A stretch of 64,000 bases of DNA from Piromyces finnis finn (GCA_002104945.1 MCFH01000022.1:62001-126000), one strand, 5' to 3'. Shown: positions 23,001 to 35,652, counted from the stretch's first letter. A program made the numbers and translations. Notes: generated by a model from the letters alone, not told the origin.

Positions 23001-24510
23001 AGAATCAGAAAAAGAAGTCAAAACAGAAGTTGGTTCTTGATTTGAGAGAGACGAAGTAGAAAAGTTAACAGAAGACTTCTTAGAAACAGAATTGTTAATA
23101 TTTTTTGAAGAACCCGAACAGAGAATAGTACAAGTACGATTAGTTTCGTTTTGAGATTGGATGTTTTGTTTATCGACAAATATAGGGTAAGCGAATGAAT
23201 CATGCGGAGGTTCGTAGGAAGGATCTTCCATTGCAGGAAAAGCAGATCTTTCTTCAGGAAATTCAGGGACATTATTGGAGAGTGTTATACAACGATTATA
23301 ACAGTAATCGGATACAAATGAAATTTTGTTCTTTGTGAAATCGATAGAAGGATTGTGTTCTTTAAGCCAGTCTATTCCAAGAATACAAGGATAATAAGGT
23401 AGATCAGTTACATAGAATTGTGTTCGACAGAGATGATCTTTGTAGCGAAGATTCAAAGGAGATGTAATTCCAAAAAGAGATTGTCGACCACCGATACCAA
23501 CGATATTTGGTAGGTTACCGTCATCATGATAAGGAATGTTATTATCGTTACAGTAATCTACATCAATTAAATTAAGTTTGGATCCTGAGTCAATAAGAAT
23601 ATCCGTATTTAGTTCATAAGAAAGTTTAAATTTAGTTGTCATTTTATTATGAGTTTTGTTTTCTTCTTTAGGAGCGGATATAAGTGTGGGAATAGATATT
23701 AGTGAAGGATTTTCACGATCTTTATTCTTTCTTTTTGGACAATTATTAAGCTTATGACTTGAAGCACCACAATACACACAAAGATTTTCTTTCTTTCTTC
23801 TTTCCTTTTCTTCGTTTGAGATAGGGCCATGGTTATTCCTGTTTGTAATGGACTTTGTTATTTTTGAAGAGTGATGAAAAGATCTTTTCTTTCGGTTTTG
23901 GTCATTGTTTGAACCAGAAGGGAAAAAGGTATGGTGTGTAGATAATCTTGAATCGATTCTTGAAGCAATAGTCTGTAATGAAAGAAGATCCCTAGGACCC
24001 GGAAACATTTCCAAAATACGAACTGCAACTTGTTGATTAAGGCCAGCTATAAATGCATCCATTTTGGCTTGTTCATTCCAGTTTGATTCATCAGCATAGC
24101 GGTTAAATTCCAAGATATAGCCTCTAATTCCTCCTAATCGGCGTTGTTTTAAGGTTCTAAGCATTTGATTTGCAACATAGGTAGCATCGTTATAACCATA
24201 AAAAGCCTTAAATCTGTCAACAAAAGCTTGGTAGTTATTAAGACACGGATCATGGTTGTTTATTAAGACACGGATCATGGTTGTTTATAAGAGTAGCAGC
24301 CCAATTCATAGCGTCCCCATAAAGTCTTGATATTATATAGAGAATTTTGGTTGCGTCGTCTTGATACCGTTCAGGATATAGCATAAACACTAGCTCCACC
24401 TTAGCTAAGAAACCCTTCAGATACCTGCGATCCCCTGCAAAACCATCCTTAAGAGTTGCGTTTTCGAAAATATTATTATTATCCATGTGGTTGTTTTCGT
24501 TCTCTTCCAT
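20043..24510 (-). pseudogene. Element B gag-pol (CCHC, PR, RT, RNase H, IN, chromodomain), frameshifted by a 25-bp tandem duplication
   Basis: [35 protein letters not shown], chromodomain [20 protein letters not shown]. The duplication at 24239-24263/24264-24288 splits the ORF. Confidence 0.9.
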
Positions 24511-27053
24511 AGTACTTATGATGTTTTCTTTAATAAGCTTTAATAAATTTGTAAAAATAATAGAATAAAGTATTTAATTATATTTATTAATTGAGTAAAT
24601 CTTTTTATTAAATAATAATACAAACCAGATTATATAGTGTTAAACCATCAAATATATAACCTGTTTTATTCTTTATAATAAGTCCTTCGTAGCTCTTCAC
24701 GATAACACGTATAAAGTCGATTGTTAATATTAATTAAATTAATAAAAGAAAGGAACGGTGTAAAAATTTTTTTTTAGTGTCTAACTTATTGTTAGCAATA
24801 AAAATTATTACAGGTTTTCTTTCCCTATATCAACCTTATCCGAACGTAGAAGTATTATGTATAAGAGTTTAACTTCTCACGCTAAAGGAGTTATAAAGAA
24901 TATTATTTTATATTATTACAATTTTAATAAATTGTCTTAACAATTAATAATTATAATTAAAAATTAGAAATTGTTTTATTAGAAAACTTAATTTTAAAAT
25001 GTATTAATTAAGAAATATTATTTTATTAAAGTAAGGCATTTCCGGCTATTTTCCGGTCTATAATCAAACAGCAAAAGATAGTATACAACTATAAATCTCA
25101 CGCCAGCTTGCTTATTACAGCGTCTTGTACGTGGTGTACCTCGGATTCTCCTACTTCCTTATTCAAAGTAGAATAGCTCAGAGCCTGCCAACCCAATTAT
25201 TGTACAGGTTAAACTCGATCCCGTTAATCTTTTACTTTTTATAGTTTGAATTATATACCGCTTCTAAAGCGTACTAATTCTACTACTTTAAGTAAAAATA
25301 TTTCTTTAAAGAAAAGCTTCAACAATAAAACTTAAAAGTTTTATCTATAACAATTTCTTAAACACTAAGGTATTAAGCTTTTATATTATAAGGAGATTTT
25401 ATTGTAAAGAAATGTGTCTTTAACAATAAAACAAATTATAATATTTACTAAATAACTTAGTAATATTAACACTTTAAAATATTCTGTAAATTATTAATTT
25501 ATAAAAATATCATTAAAAACACATAGAATTTAACTTAATAAGTTAGTGTTTAATAATATAATTATTTATTAATAAAATCTCGATTCTTTAAAATATTTGG
25601 GAAAATTCACTCGTATTTATACTAAAAATTTTTTAAATTAATTTATAAAATTTTTTCAACTTAAAATTCTTAACCAATCAATAATCTTCATATAAAATAA
25701 AATTTAAAAATAAAATAAAATAAAATAAAATTATAATTTTTTTAAAATAGTATCTATGAGGTCTCGAACTAGTGTCATTCAGACTCAAAGTCTTAGCTAC
25801 TAACCACTAAGACAATTTAGTTATTTCTAGTATTCGTGTAAGAATTAATAATTATTTTTTGTATAAATTAATTCTTATTTAATTATGTGAAGATATTAAC
25901 TGGATTTAAAACAAATTCAGATAATATCTATAATTAATTAAACATAATAATTATAATTAAATAATTTCAATAATTATTTTAAAACACTTTTAAAAGTCAC
26001 CTTTTAAATTTTGATTCAGTGAAAGGGTTATGATTTCAAAAATTTAATATCAATATACTATAACCCTTAACCAAAAATAAGCAAGTACGAAATAAGGTGT
26101 AAATCGCCAAAAACGATCGCTACGGCTGTAAGTGCTACGGTGATGAAACTAGGTTTATTGGAAAGCTTAGGAAGAAAGCTACAATTTGGTACAATCGCGG
26201 TCCTTCTAACTGATCATTTAAGGAAGTTATGATCATTTAAAGATTTTATTAGGTAAATTAAAATCAATATGATATCAAGTATGGATCATAAATATTTCTT
26301 ATGACTTGATGAAATTAAAAATATATCAATAGGAATTTTAGTTATATTAATTTAATTAATGATAACGATTGTTACTAAAAATAGAACTAGACCCATTTAG
26401 GTGTAACAGTTAATACCTATAAATTAAATAATCTTAATTATTATAAAATAGGTTAACGGCAAGTTTTATTAGAAATAATTTTGAAAATAATAATTATTTA
26501 GTTATAACAAATATGTTATGGTAATATCAATTAATAATGATGAATTATTAATTGAATAGTTTTTATAATTACTAATTAGGATCAACTGTTTAAATGATTA
26601 ATCATATGTTTATTTTATTTTATGTCATGACAAACAAACAAACAAACAAACAAACAATCTTATTACTTATTTAATTATATTACTAATATATTATATGTAA
26701 TACTTTATTCTTATTAATATCAATTTAATAATCTGAACAAAGAATATAAAAGAGAATGAATTGAATTCGATTTTAATTCTTTGTAAAGATTATAGTTATA
26801 ATCTTAATTATATAGTTACTTATAATATCATTTATATTATTATTAAATAAATAAAAAATTTATAAAAAGTTATTTTAAAGTAAATATAAATTTTTCATTT
26901 TTCATTTGGGAGTTTAAGGTGTTATTTTATAATTAAATTTAATTTCTTAAAAAACATTTTTACTATATAATTAATAACATTCTGACCTGGCCGCATAACC
27001 AAACCCAAAAACTTAACAATAATCTTTACCCGCTGTTTAGTGGCTACTTTAGA

Positions 27054-28079
27054 ATGTTCACTCCGGTTCCTAATTTCCCAGACGAGGTAAACCAACTAAG
27101 AGAGGATGCTACTCAGACTGCCAAGGATATCATTGAGGGTATCAATGAAAATTTGGTTTTCCGTGAAGATTTTCAAAATTTTTCCAATGATGTGAATAAT
27201 CGTTTAAATGAAATCATGAGTGTATTAACCAATATGAATAATAATCAAACTGCTCAGAATGAAGATGAACAACCATTGTTACATACCAATTATGATAGGA
27301 TAGCTACTCCAAGACCTACTGTCTTTAGAGATGATGAATCTACTTCAACAAGATTTGATTTGGATCATGATGTTATCATGAGAGGCCGTTTTGCTACTCC
27401 AATCACTCAAGTGCCAGATCCAGGTATGTTCTCCGGTAAGACTAGTGATACCGATTTGTTTTGTCAATTATGTGAAGATACTTTCAAAACTCTACCAAAT
27501 CGAACTTTACCAGAAGAAACAAAAATTAATTTTGTACAATCCCGTCTTCGTGATGCTGCTAGAAATTGGTATCTTGCCAAGTACAAGGATAATATTTATC
27601 CATCTACCATGCAAGAATTGTTGGATGGACTAAGAATTGCTTTCTCAAATGTTGCTAGTTACAAGATAGCTAAAATCAAAATAATGCGTTTAAAACAACA
27701 ATATGGTAAAATAAATGATTATATCGAGGAATTCCGCTCTCTTTCACAACAATTTAAATGGAATGAAGAAGCATTATCTTTAATCTTTTATAATGGTTTA
27801 CATCCCAAATATCAGGAAGAAATTGAAAAGATGGAGGTATTTCCAACCACCATGGAGTCCATTATAACTAGATGTATTTTGATCGAAAGTTCTCTTTCTA
27901 CAAAGAATAAGATTAACCAGTCTTCCAACTCTAAATCTAACAAGAAAAGAAATTCACATTTCAACCACCACAGATCATACAACAACAACAACAACAATAA
28001 CAACAATAACTTCCAAAAATATAATAATAATTACAATAACAACAATTATAAAGCTCAAAAAATTAGTTCAAAAAACTAA
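27054..28079 (+). CDS. Element A gag (capsid-like; Asn-rich tail; no CCHC knuckle)
   Basis: Retrotransposon gag-like core (LRDAARNWY, YGKINDYIEEF, FYNGL). Ends TCA AAA AAC TAA. Confidence 0.85.
   Translation: MFTPVPNFPDEVNQLREDATQTAKDIIEGINENLVFREDFQNFSNDVNNRLNEIMSVLTNMNNNQTAQNEDEQPLLHTNYDRIATPRPTVFRDDESTSTRFDLDHDVIMRGRFATPITQVPDPGMFSGKTSDTDLFCQLCEDTFKTLPNRTLPEETKINFVQSRLRDAARNWYLAKYKDNIYPSTMQELLDGLRIAFSNVASYKIAKIKIMRLKQQYGKINDYIEEFRSLSQQFKWNEEALSLIFYNGLHPKYQEEIEKMEVFPTTMESIITRCILIESSLSTKNKINQSSNSKSNKKRNSHFNHHRSYNNNNNNNNNNFQKYNNNYNNNNYKAQKISSKN
28070..28076 (+). promoter_or_regulatory. -1 ribosomal frameshift slippery site A AAA AAC
   Basis: X XXY YYZ heptamer directly before the gag stop. 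The -1 frame (CTA AAT AAA GGA CTT CCA TTG) runs into the pol ORF at 28094. Confidence 0.8.
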
Positions 28080-28093
28080 ATAAAGGACTTCCA

Positions 28094-31000
28094 TTGAAGT
28101 CCCATCACCACTCGAATACAAAAATATTAAACTACACTTTTCCCACTATCAACAAAGATAATACATTACCTTCAACGTTTTTTACTTTTAATACATATGT
28201 ATTATCCAATAATGGAGGTACAAATAATGTACATAATAAAATTGCATGTACATCACTATTAGATAGTGGATCTTATTGTAATTTTATGTCGTACAAACTA
28301 TTACGTACATTACAATTACATCCTCATAAAATTAATAATGTTATCACTGTACAAGGTATCAGTGGTACTTCAATTGAACTTGATGAATATATCAACCTAA
28401 ACTTTCAGTTAAAACTATTTATCAACAATAAATTCCATTTCATCAATTTCAAAGAAAAATTTTTACTAGCGGATTATATTCCGACAGATTTATTATTTGG
28501 AAATATATTCATGTCCAAATATGAAATTCATTATAATTATAATAAAAATTATTTATATTCAAATTTAAAATATGATTTTAACAGAAAGAAATTCAATATG
28601 AAGCATGCTACTAAATTTTTAAAATTAGAACAATTCATTTCTTATAATAGAAATGACATAAATGTTACACCTACCACTTCTACAGGTGTAAATAACACAA
28701 AAAATAAAAATAAAAATTATTCCACCAATTTTTATAATTTAAAAAATAAAATTCATAATTTTTATTTCAGATCTAAAACCTTTAGTAAGAAGAAAAATGG
28801 TCGATTTCACAAATTTAACCCTAAACGTTCCAAATTTTTTAGAAAAGTTATATTAAATAAAAATAATTATGATAGATATAATTATAATTATTTAATTCAT
28901 ACTTTTTTGTCCGAAAAACCAGAAGAAGTAAGCAATTTAGAAGAACATACTATTGAGGATATTCCAAAACCCTATCGAGATTTGGCAAAAGTTTTCAGCA
29001 AACAAGAAGCTGATAAACTACCACCACATAGAATTACAGATTGTAAAATAGTACTAGAAAAAGATGCTACTCTTCACTATGGTCCCATCTATCCCTTATC
29101 AGAAGAAGAATCAAAAGTTTTAGAAGAGTATATCAAGGAAAATTTAGAAAAAGGCTTTATTAGACCATCCGAATCACCTGCAGGATATCCAGTGGTATTT
29201 CAGAAAAAGAAAGATGGTACTCTTAGAGTTTGTATTGATTATAAAAAACTCAATTCTGTAACGATACGTAACTCCTACCCAATACCACTTATTACCGACA
29301 TTATAGAACGTGTCAAAGGTGCAAAGTATTTCACCAAGCTCGACTTACGCTCTGCTTATAATTTAGTTAGAATAAGAAATGGTGATGAATATAAAACTGC
29401 TTTTCGCACAAAGTTTGGTCACTATGAATATTTAGTGATGCCATTTGGTTTACGTAACGCTCCTGCTACTTTTCAGGCATTTATAAATTCTGTTCTCAGA
29501 CCTTTCTTGGAAAAATCTGTTATTCTCTATTTGGATGATATTCTTATATTTTCAAAAACCTTAGAAGAACACCACCAACATGTACGTGAAGTTCTTTCTA
29601 AACTATTAGAAAATAATTTATATGCTAAACTTCCTAAATGTGAATTTGACAAACCACAAGTTGAATTCTTAGGATATGTTATTTCAGGTTCAGGAATTGC
29701 TACCGACCCAAAAAAGATAGAGTCAATCAAAAATTGGCCTATTCCTACTACAGTTAAGGATGTACAAAGATTTTTAGGTCTTTGTAACTACTATAGACGC
29801 TTTGTAATGAATTTTGCAGACTTGGCTAAACCCCTCCACAACCTAACAAAAAAGAATGCAAAGTTCAAATGGTCCACAGAATGTGAATCCTCATTTAACA
29901 TTTTAAAAACGCGTTTAACTTCAGCACCTATTTTATCACATCCTGATCCTCAAAAACAATATATTTTAGAATGTGATGCAAGTAATGTTGCTATCGGTTC
30001 TATACTTTCTCAATATGATTCAGAAAATCGTCTACATCCTGTTGCTTACTACTCCAGAAGTCTAAGTAGTTCTGAAGTTAATTATTCTATAACAGATAAA
30101 GAACTATTAGCCATTAAGGATTCTTTCTCTACTTGGAGGCACCTTCTTCTTGGTGCTAAATATAAAATAAAAGTTTACACTGATCATAGAAATTTACTTT
30201 ATACTCTTGGAGGAAAGGTAGGTAATCAAAGACAACATCGTTGGCACCTTTTCTTTCATGAATACGACTTTGAACTTATATACAGACAAGGTCGTAAGAA
30301 TGGTAAACCTGATTGTCTATCTCGCAGACCTGACTACATGGATAGGACTTATGAAGAAAAGCCAGAATATATTTTAGACTCAAAAAATGTAAAACTAATA
30401 CCAAGTTTCATTGGTATTATGAGTAACTTCTTGGAACAAGTTATTCAATACTTAAAGGACGACGAAACTGCTAAGGATATTATGCTATATTTCAGCCCAC
30501 ATAATGACCAAAAGGCTTATAGACCATTTAGGAAAATGAACAAGTTTGAATTAAAAAATAATCTTATTTTATATAATAACTTAGTTTATATCCCTGAGAA
30601 ACTACGTTTAGATGTTCTTATGAAATATCATGAACAACCCTCTGCTGGACATCTTGGTATAAAAAGGACTTTAGAATTGATAACTCGAAATTTTTGGTGG
30701 CCTAAAATTAAGGATGATGTCACTAAATTTGTTAATTCTTGTGAGACATGCACAAGAAATAAAGTAACTAGACATCGGAAATATGGAAAATTACAACCTT
30801 TAGATACTCCAGAACGTCCATGGAAATCTATAGAAATTGACTTTCTTTGTGGCCTTCCTGAGTCTAAAGGGTACACCGTAATTATGGTAGTGGTTGACCG
30901 CTTTTCTAAAATGATTCACTTAGTGCCGTTTAAACAAGTTCCAAACGCAGCACAAACTGCAAAAGCTTTTTTGAACAATGTATATCGTTTACATGGTCTC

Positions 31001-31891
31001 CCTTATGACCTATATACTGATAGAGGCTCACAATTTACAAGTGATGTTTGGCTCGAATTTTTGGATTTATTATATATTCATCCAAGAATAGCTACTACTG
31101 ACCACCATGAAACTGTTGGACAGGTCGAGAGGTCAAATTCTTTTATTGAACAGTATCTTAGATGTTATTCCAAGTCTTTCTATCATGACGACTGGGTTGA
31201 TTGGCTTCCACTTGCAGAATTCGCCTATAACAACGCTGTTAATGAATCAACCAAAGAAACACCATTCTTCATTAATTATGGTTTCCACCCTCCGATGGAT
31301 GAAATGACCCTATTACCACAATGTAATATTAATCATAAACTAGTTCAAAACGTTAATGATGCATTCAACCACATAAAAGAAGTGTTACTACGCTCCAAAG
31401 AGTTGTATAAAAGAAGAGTGGATAAAAGTCGTTTAGAAGCTCCAAAATTTAAAATTGATGATTTAGTTTGGATTCAAGCCCCACCTTCTCTAAATATTGA
31501 AAATAGTTCCAAATTAGCTCCTTGTAAATATGGTCCATATAAAATAACTCAAGTTTTGAGAAATAACAATTATGAAATCGATATCAAAAAATCACCTTTT
31601 CCCAAACACTATCCAATATTTCATGTATCTGAGTTGGAACCTTATAGATCAACTCCAAAAGAATTTTTAAATAGAACTGCGGATCCAGAATCAATAAAAG
31701 ATATAGTGGAAATATCTGGATTCCGTACAAATTATAAACAACAACGATATGAATATAAAATTCGATACAAATACCGTTCCGCTTATAATTGGGTACCAGC
31801 AAGTGAAGTAGAAGACAATCCACGTAATCAATACATTTATCAAAAATATTTAAAAAGTGGACGACATTATGCTTCTATAGCATATAATTAA
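28094..31891 (+). CDS. Element A pol (PR, RT, RNase H, IN, degenerate chromodomain)
   Basis: LLDSGS, YLDD, ECDAS, H..H..C..C, IDF/TDRG/VER, KYGPY, C-terminal YEYKIRYK..YNWVPASE. Confidence 0.92.
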   Translation: MKSHHHSNTKILNYTFPTINKDNTLPSTFFTFNTYVLSNNGGTNNVHNKIACTSLLDSGSYCNFMSYKLLRTLQLHPHKINNVITVQGISGTSIELDEYINLNFQLKLFINNKFHFINFKEKFLLADYIPTDLLFGNIFMSKYEIHYNYNKNYLYSNLKYDFNRKKFNMKHATKFLKLEQFISYNRNDINVTPTTSTGVNNTKNKNKNYSTNFYNLKNKIHNFYFRSKTFSKKKNGRFHKFNPKRSKFFRKVILNKNNYDRYNYNYLIHTFLSEKPEEVSNLEEHTIEDIPKPYRDLAKVFSKQEADKLPPHRITDCKIVLEKDATLHYGPIYPLSEEESKVLEEYIKENLEKGFIRPSESPAGYPVVFQKKKDGTLRVCIDYKKLNSVTIRNSYPIPLITDIIERVKGAKYFTKLDLRSAYNLVRIRNGDEYKTAFRTKFGHYEYLVMPFGLRNAPATFQAFINSVLRPFLEKSVILYLDDILIFSKTLEEHHQHVREVLSKLLENNLYAKLPKCEFDKPQVEFLGYVISGSGIATDPKKIESIKNWPIPTTVKDVQRFLGLCNYYRRFVMNFADLAKPLHNLTKKNAKFKWSTECESSFNILKTRLTSAPILSHPDPQKQYILECDASNVAIGSILSQYDSENRLHPVAYYSRSLSSSEVNYSITDKELLAIKDSFSTWRHLLLGAKYKIKVYTDHRNLLYTLGGKVGNQRQHRWHLFFHEYDFELIYRQGRKNGKPDCLSRRPDYMDRTYEEKPEYILDSKNVKLIPSFIGIMSNFLEQVIQYLKDDETAKDIMLYFSPHNDQKAYRPFRKMNKFELKNNLILYNNLVYIPEKLRLDVLMKYHEQPSAGHLGIKRTLELITRNFWWPKIKDDVTKFVNSCETCTRNKVTRHRKYGKLQPLDTPERPWKSIEIDFLCGLPESKGYTVIMVVVDRFSKMIHLVPFKQVPNAAQTAKAFLNNVYRLHGLPYDLYTDRGSQFTSDVWLEFLDLLYIHPRIATTDHHETVGQVERSNSFIEQYLRCYSKSFYHDDWVDWLPLAEFAYNNAVNESTKETPFFINYGFHPPMDEMTLLPQCNINHKLVQNVNDAFNHIKEVLLRSKELYKRRVDKSRLEAPKFKIDDLVWIQAPPSLNIENSSKLAPCKYGPYKITQVLRNNNYEIDIKKSPFPKHYPIFHVSELEPYRSTPKEFLNRTADPESIKDIVEISGFRTNYKQQRYEYKIRYKYRSAYNWVPASEVEDNPRNQYIYQKYLKSGRHYASIAYN

Positions 31892-34606
31892 TTAAAATAA
31901 TATTAATAAGTCAATAATTCTCTAAAAATAACTTTTACACCATTTACAAAATATTTTTATAACAACTAAATTTCGAAATTTAACTCATCACAAAATTTTG
32001 AAATTTCAACATTTCAAAAATTTTTACACCGAATATTTTTCAATTATCATATTAAAACTTTATTATTTTTTATTTTTATTTTCATATTCAAAATCTGCAG
32101 TATCAATTTTATTATTAAAATTTTACCTACAAGAAAATTTTTCAAAAAGTGAAATTTCAAAAATCTCACAATGGCCAAGTGACCTTTTGAAATTATTACT
32201 TCCTCTCGAAAAAATTTTTTTAAAATCAAAAATTTTTACTTTTCGCTCCAGTTCATAGAATTCGTCTGGAATACGAATTCCTAGGGAGGGCGTTGTGAAG
32301 ATATTAACTGGATTTAAAACAAATTCAGATAATATCTATAATTAATTAAACATAATAATTATAATTAAATAATTTCAATAATTATTTTAAAACACTTTTA
32401 AAAGTCACCTTTTAAATTTTGATTCAGTGAAAGGGTTATGATTTCAAAAATTTAATATCAATATACTATAACCCTTAACCAAAAATAAGCAAGTACGAAA
32501 TAAGGTGTAAATCGCCAAAAACGATCGCTACGGCTGTAAGTGCTACGGTGATGAAACTAGGTTTATTGGAAAGCTTAGGAAGAAAGCTACAATTTGGTAC
32601 AATCGCGGTCCTTCTAACTGATCATTTAAGGAAGTTATGATCATTTAAAGATTTTATTAGGTAAATTAAAATCAATATGATATCAAGTATGGATCATAAA
32701 TATTTCTTATGACTTGATGAAATTAAAAATATATCAATAGGAATTTTAGTTATATTAATTTAATTAATGATAACGATTGTTACTAAAAATAGAACTAGAC
32801 CCATTTAGGTGTAACAGTTAATACCTATAAATTAAATAATCTTAATTATTATAAAATAGGTTAACGGCAAGTTTTATTAGAAATAATTTTGAAAATAATA
32901 ATTATTTAGTTATAACAAATATGTTATGGTAATATCAATTAATAATGATGAATTATTAATTGAATAGTTTTTATAATTACTAATTAGGATCAACTGTTTA
33001 AATGATTAATCATATGTTTATTTTATTTTATGTCATGACAAACAAACAAACAAACAAACAAACAATCTTATTACTTATTTAATTATATTACTAATATATT
33101 ATATGTAATACTTTATTCTTATTAATATCAATTTAATAATCTGAACAAAGAATATAAAAGAGAATGAATTGAATTCGATTTTAATTCTTTGTAAAGATTA
33201 TAGTTATAATCTTAATTATATAGTTACTTATAATATCATTTATATTATTATTAAATAAATAAAAAATTTATAAAAAGTTATTTTAAAGTAAATATAAATT
33301 TTTCATTTTTCATTTGGGAGTTTAAGGTGTTATTTTATAATTAAATTTAATTTCTTAAAAAACATTTTTACTATATAATTAATAACATTCTGACCTGGCC
33401 GCATAACCAAACCCAAAAACTTAACAAATTATTTTTTAATTATTAAATTAATTATTTATTTAAACTATTAGCATACATTCATTTAAATTACTATAAACAT
33501 TTATCTATATTGATATTAATTATTCATTTACTTAATTTAAAATTTATTTAATTACTATATTAATTATTTATTTATTTAATTTAGTAATATATTTAAAATA
33601 ATAGTAAACATTCATTTATTTTTTAATTAATAATTTTTGTATTACATTTTATAAGAAACATTATATATTTTATTTTACGTTTGTATTTTATATTTATGTA
33701 TCGTATCTTGAAATAACTTATAGAAACAATTAGAAAATATAAATACATATTAGGACAATCGGATATTAAGGTTTTTCCGAATTTTAATCGGTTTTACTTA
33801 ATATTACGATGATTGATATATTAGTTATCAATCGAATATCTTTTTAGGTTTTTCTTCTAGTCTTTTCCTAAAAAGATTATTTGTTAAGATTAGAAATTCT
33901 TTATTAAACTTTAAATTATCAAAAAATTATAAATATAAGGACTCTGGAATTCCACTAAAGAATCCAGAGTTATTATTTTAAGACAATTATAATAAATAAC
34001 CCTTTCAAAAACTATATTCATAAAAAATATTTACATTAAAGATAGTCTTAATATTTTGTGTTTGTTATTATAATTCACTTATAATAAACTCTTTAAGATA
34101 AGTATTCATTTTTATTTACTATTAAGAAACTTCTCAATTTAATAATACATATTACGATTTGTATTATTATATTGTAGATAATAATTATTATTAAATATAT
34201 AATAATTATTACAATTCGTTACAATAGGTAATACATGGACTGTATTCTATTTGTAGTTTACTCAAATTGAATCAAAAGTGTATTTAATTAGTTTTAGTTT
34301 AGTTTTATTATTTTATTATTTAATTAAATTAGTATTAAATTAGTTTTGTTTATTTTATATTGAATATATGTATAATTAAATAGAATAGTATATTAAAATA
34401 TAATTTGTAAAAAATATAAATACATGTAAAATTTCATAGTTAAACGATGTAATTGTTATTGACTATAGTTTAGTTAATAACTAAATAAGAATAAATAAAA
34501 GAGGATATAAATAAATTTTGTTTTGTTTTTAATTTTTTATTTTATTTAGTGTTTTTGTTTTATTGTAAAAAATTTTATAATCTGTTTTAAATTTTAAAAT
34601 TTTTAC

Positions 34607-35608
34607 ATGGTTACTGTAGATAGATTTTCAAAAATGATTCATTTAGTTCCTTTTAAGAAAATACCTGATGCTAAACAAACAGCTACAGCTTTTATTAAAA
34701 ATATATTCAAACTTCATGGATTACCTTCTGAAATTTATACTGATCGTGGTTCACAATTTACTAGTGATCTTTGGAATAGTTTAATGAAAGAACTTAAAGT
34801 TAAAACTAAAATTGCTACCACTGATCATCATGAAACGGTCGGGCAAGTTGAAAGATGTAACTCTTTTATTGAACAATATCTCCGCTGTTATTCAAAGTCC
34901 TATTATCATGATGAATGGGTTGAATAGATTCACTTAGCTGAATTTGTTTATAACAATTCTATTAATGAATCTACCAAACAAAGTCCTTTCTTTATTAACT
35001 ATGGATTCCACCCTTCTGTTGATGATGTTTTCCTTTATGACAAATCCTATACTAATAATAATTTTATTAGAAATGTTTGTGATAATTTTAATTATGTTAA
35101 AGAAGTTTTATTTAGAGCCAAGGATTTATATAAAAAACATGCCGATAAGAAAAGGATGTTACCTCCTATATTTAAAGTTGGCGATAAAGTTTGGATTCAA
35201 GCTCCTCCATCCTTTTCTACGGTAGAAACTCCAAAACTTTCTCCTTGTAAATATGGACCCTATAAAGTTTTAAATGTTTTGGAAAATAATAATTATAAAA
35301 TAGATATACACAACTCTCCTTTCCCAAAACATCATCCAATCTTCCATATTTCGGAACTTGAACCTTTTATTCCTACTCCTTCAAGATTTTTATCAAGATC
35401 AAAGGATCCCGAATCAATTAAAGACATCATTGAGATTGCGGGATTTCGAACTAATTATAAACTTAAACGGTATGAATACAAAATTAGATACAAATACCGT
35501 TCTCAATATAATTGGGTTCCTTCTAGTGAAGTTGAAGATAACCCAAGAAACCAAAATATCTTATTATTATATTTAAAGAACAATAGGAAGCCTATTGATA
35601 TCGCTTAT

Positions 35609-35614
<6 letters not shown>
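34607..35614 (+). pseudogene. Element D: 5'-truncated integrase/chromo fragment related to A, with one premature TAG
   Basis: The listed ORFs 34607-34927 and 35156-35614 are in one frame, separated only by TAG at 34925-34927 (a W position in A). Clearly homologous to the A integrase. Confidence 0.85.

Positions 35615-35652
<38 letters not shown>

Larger units (their letters stand above)
25886..33426 (+). mobile_element. Full-length Ty3/Gypsy element A (LTRs 25886-27018 and 32294-33426, 1133 bp each)
   Basis: TG...CA termini, TSD AATTA on both sides, no LTR differences noticed, PPT GGGAGGGCGT, PBS ATAATCTTTAC. Confidence 0.95.
25837..34213 (+). mobile_element. Family-E solo LTR (about 830 bp net) inserted into the B LTR terminus and itself interrupted by element A
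   Basis: Starts TGTAAGAA and ends ATTATTACA. TSD ATTCG at 25832-25836 and 34214-34218, followed by TTACA, the missing end of the B LTR. Confidence 0.85.
19290..34223 (-). mobile_element. Chromovirus element B: 3' LTR 19290-19728; 5' LTR 25403-25836 plus 34219-34223 (terminus displaced by nested insertions)
   Basis: 439-bp near-identical LTRs, PPT GGAGGAGGACCA before the 3' LTR, self-priming-type PBS at 25393-25402. No matching TSD (ATCAT versus ATAGG). Confidence 0.85.

Noticed and set aside
19285-34228. TSD for element B
   Set aside because: Flanks ATCAT and ATAGG do not match; possibly a recombinant or rearranged copy.
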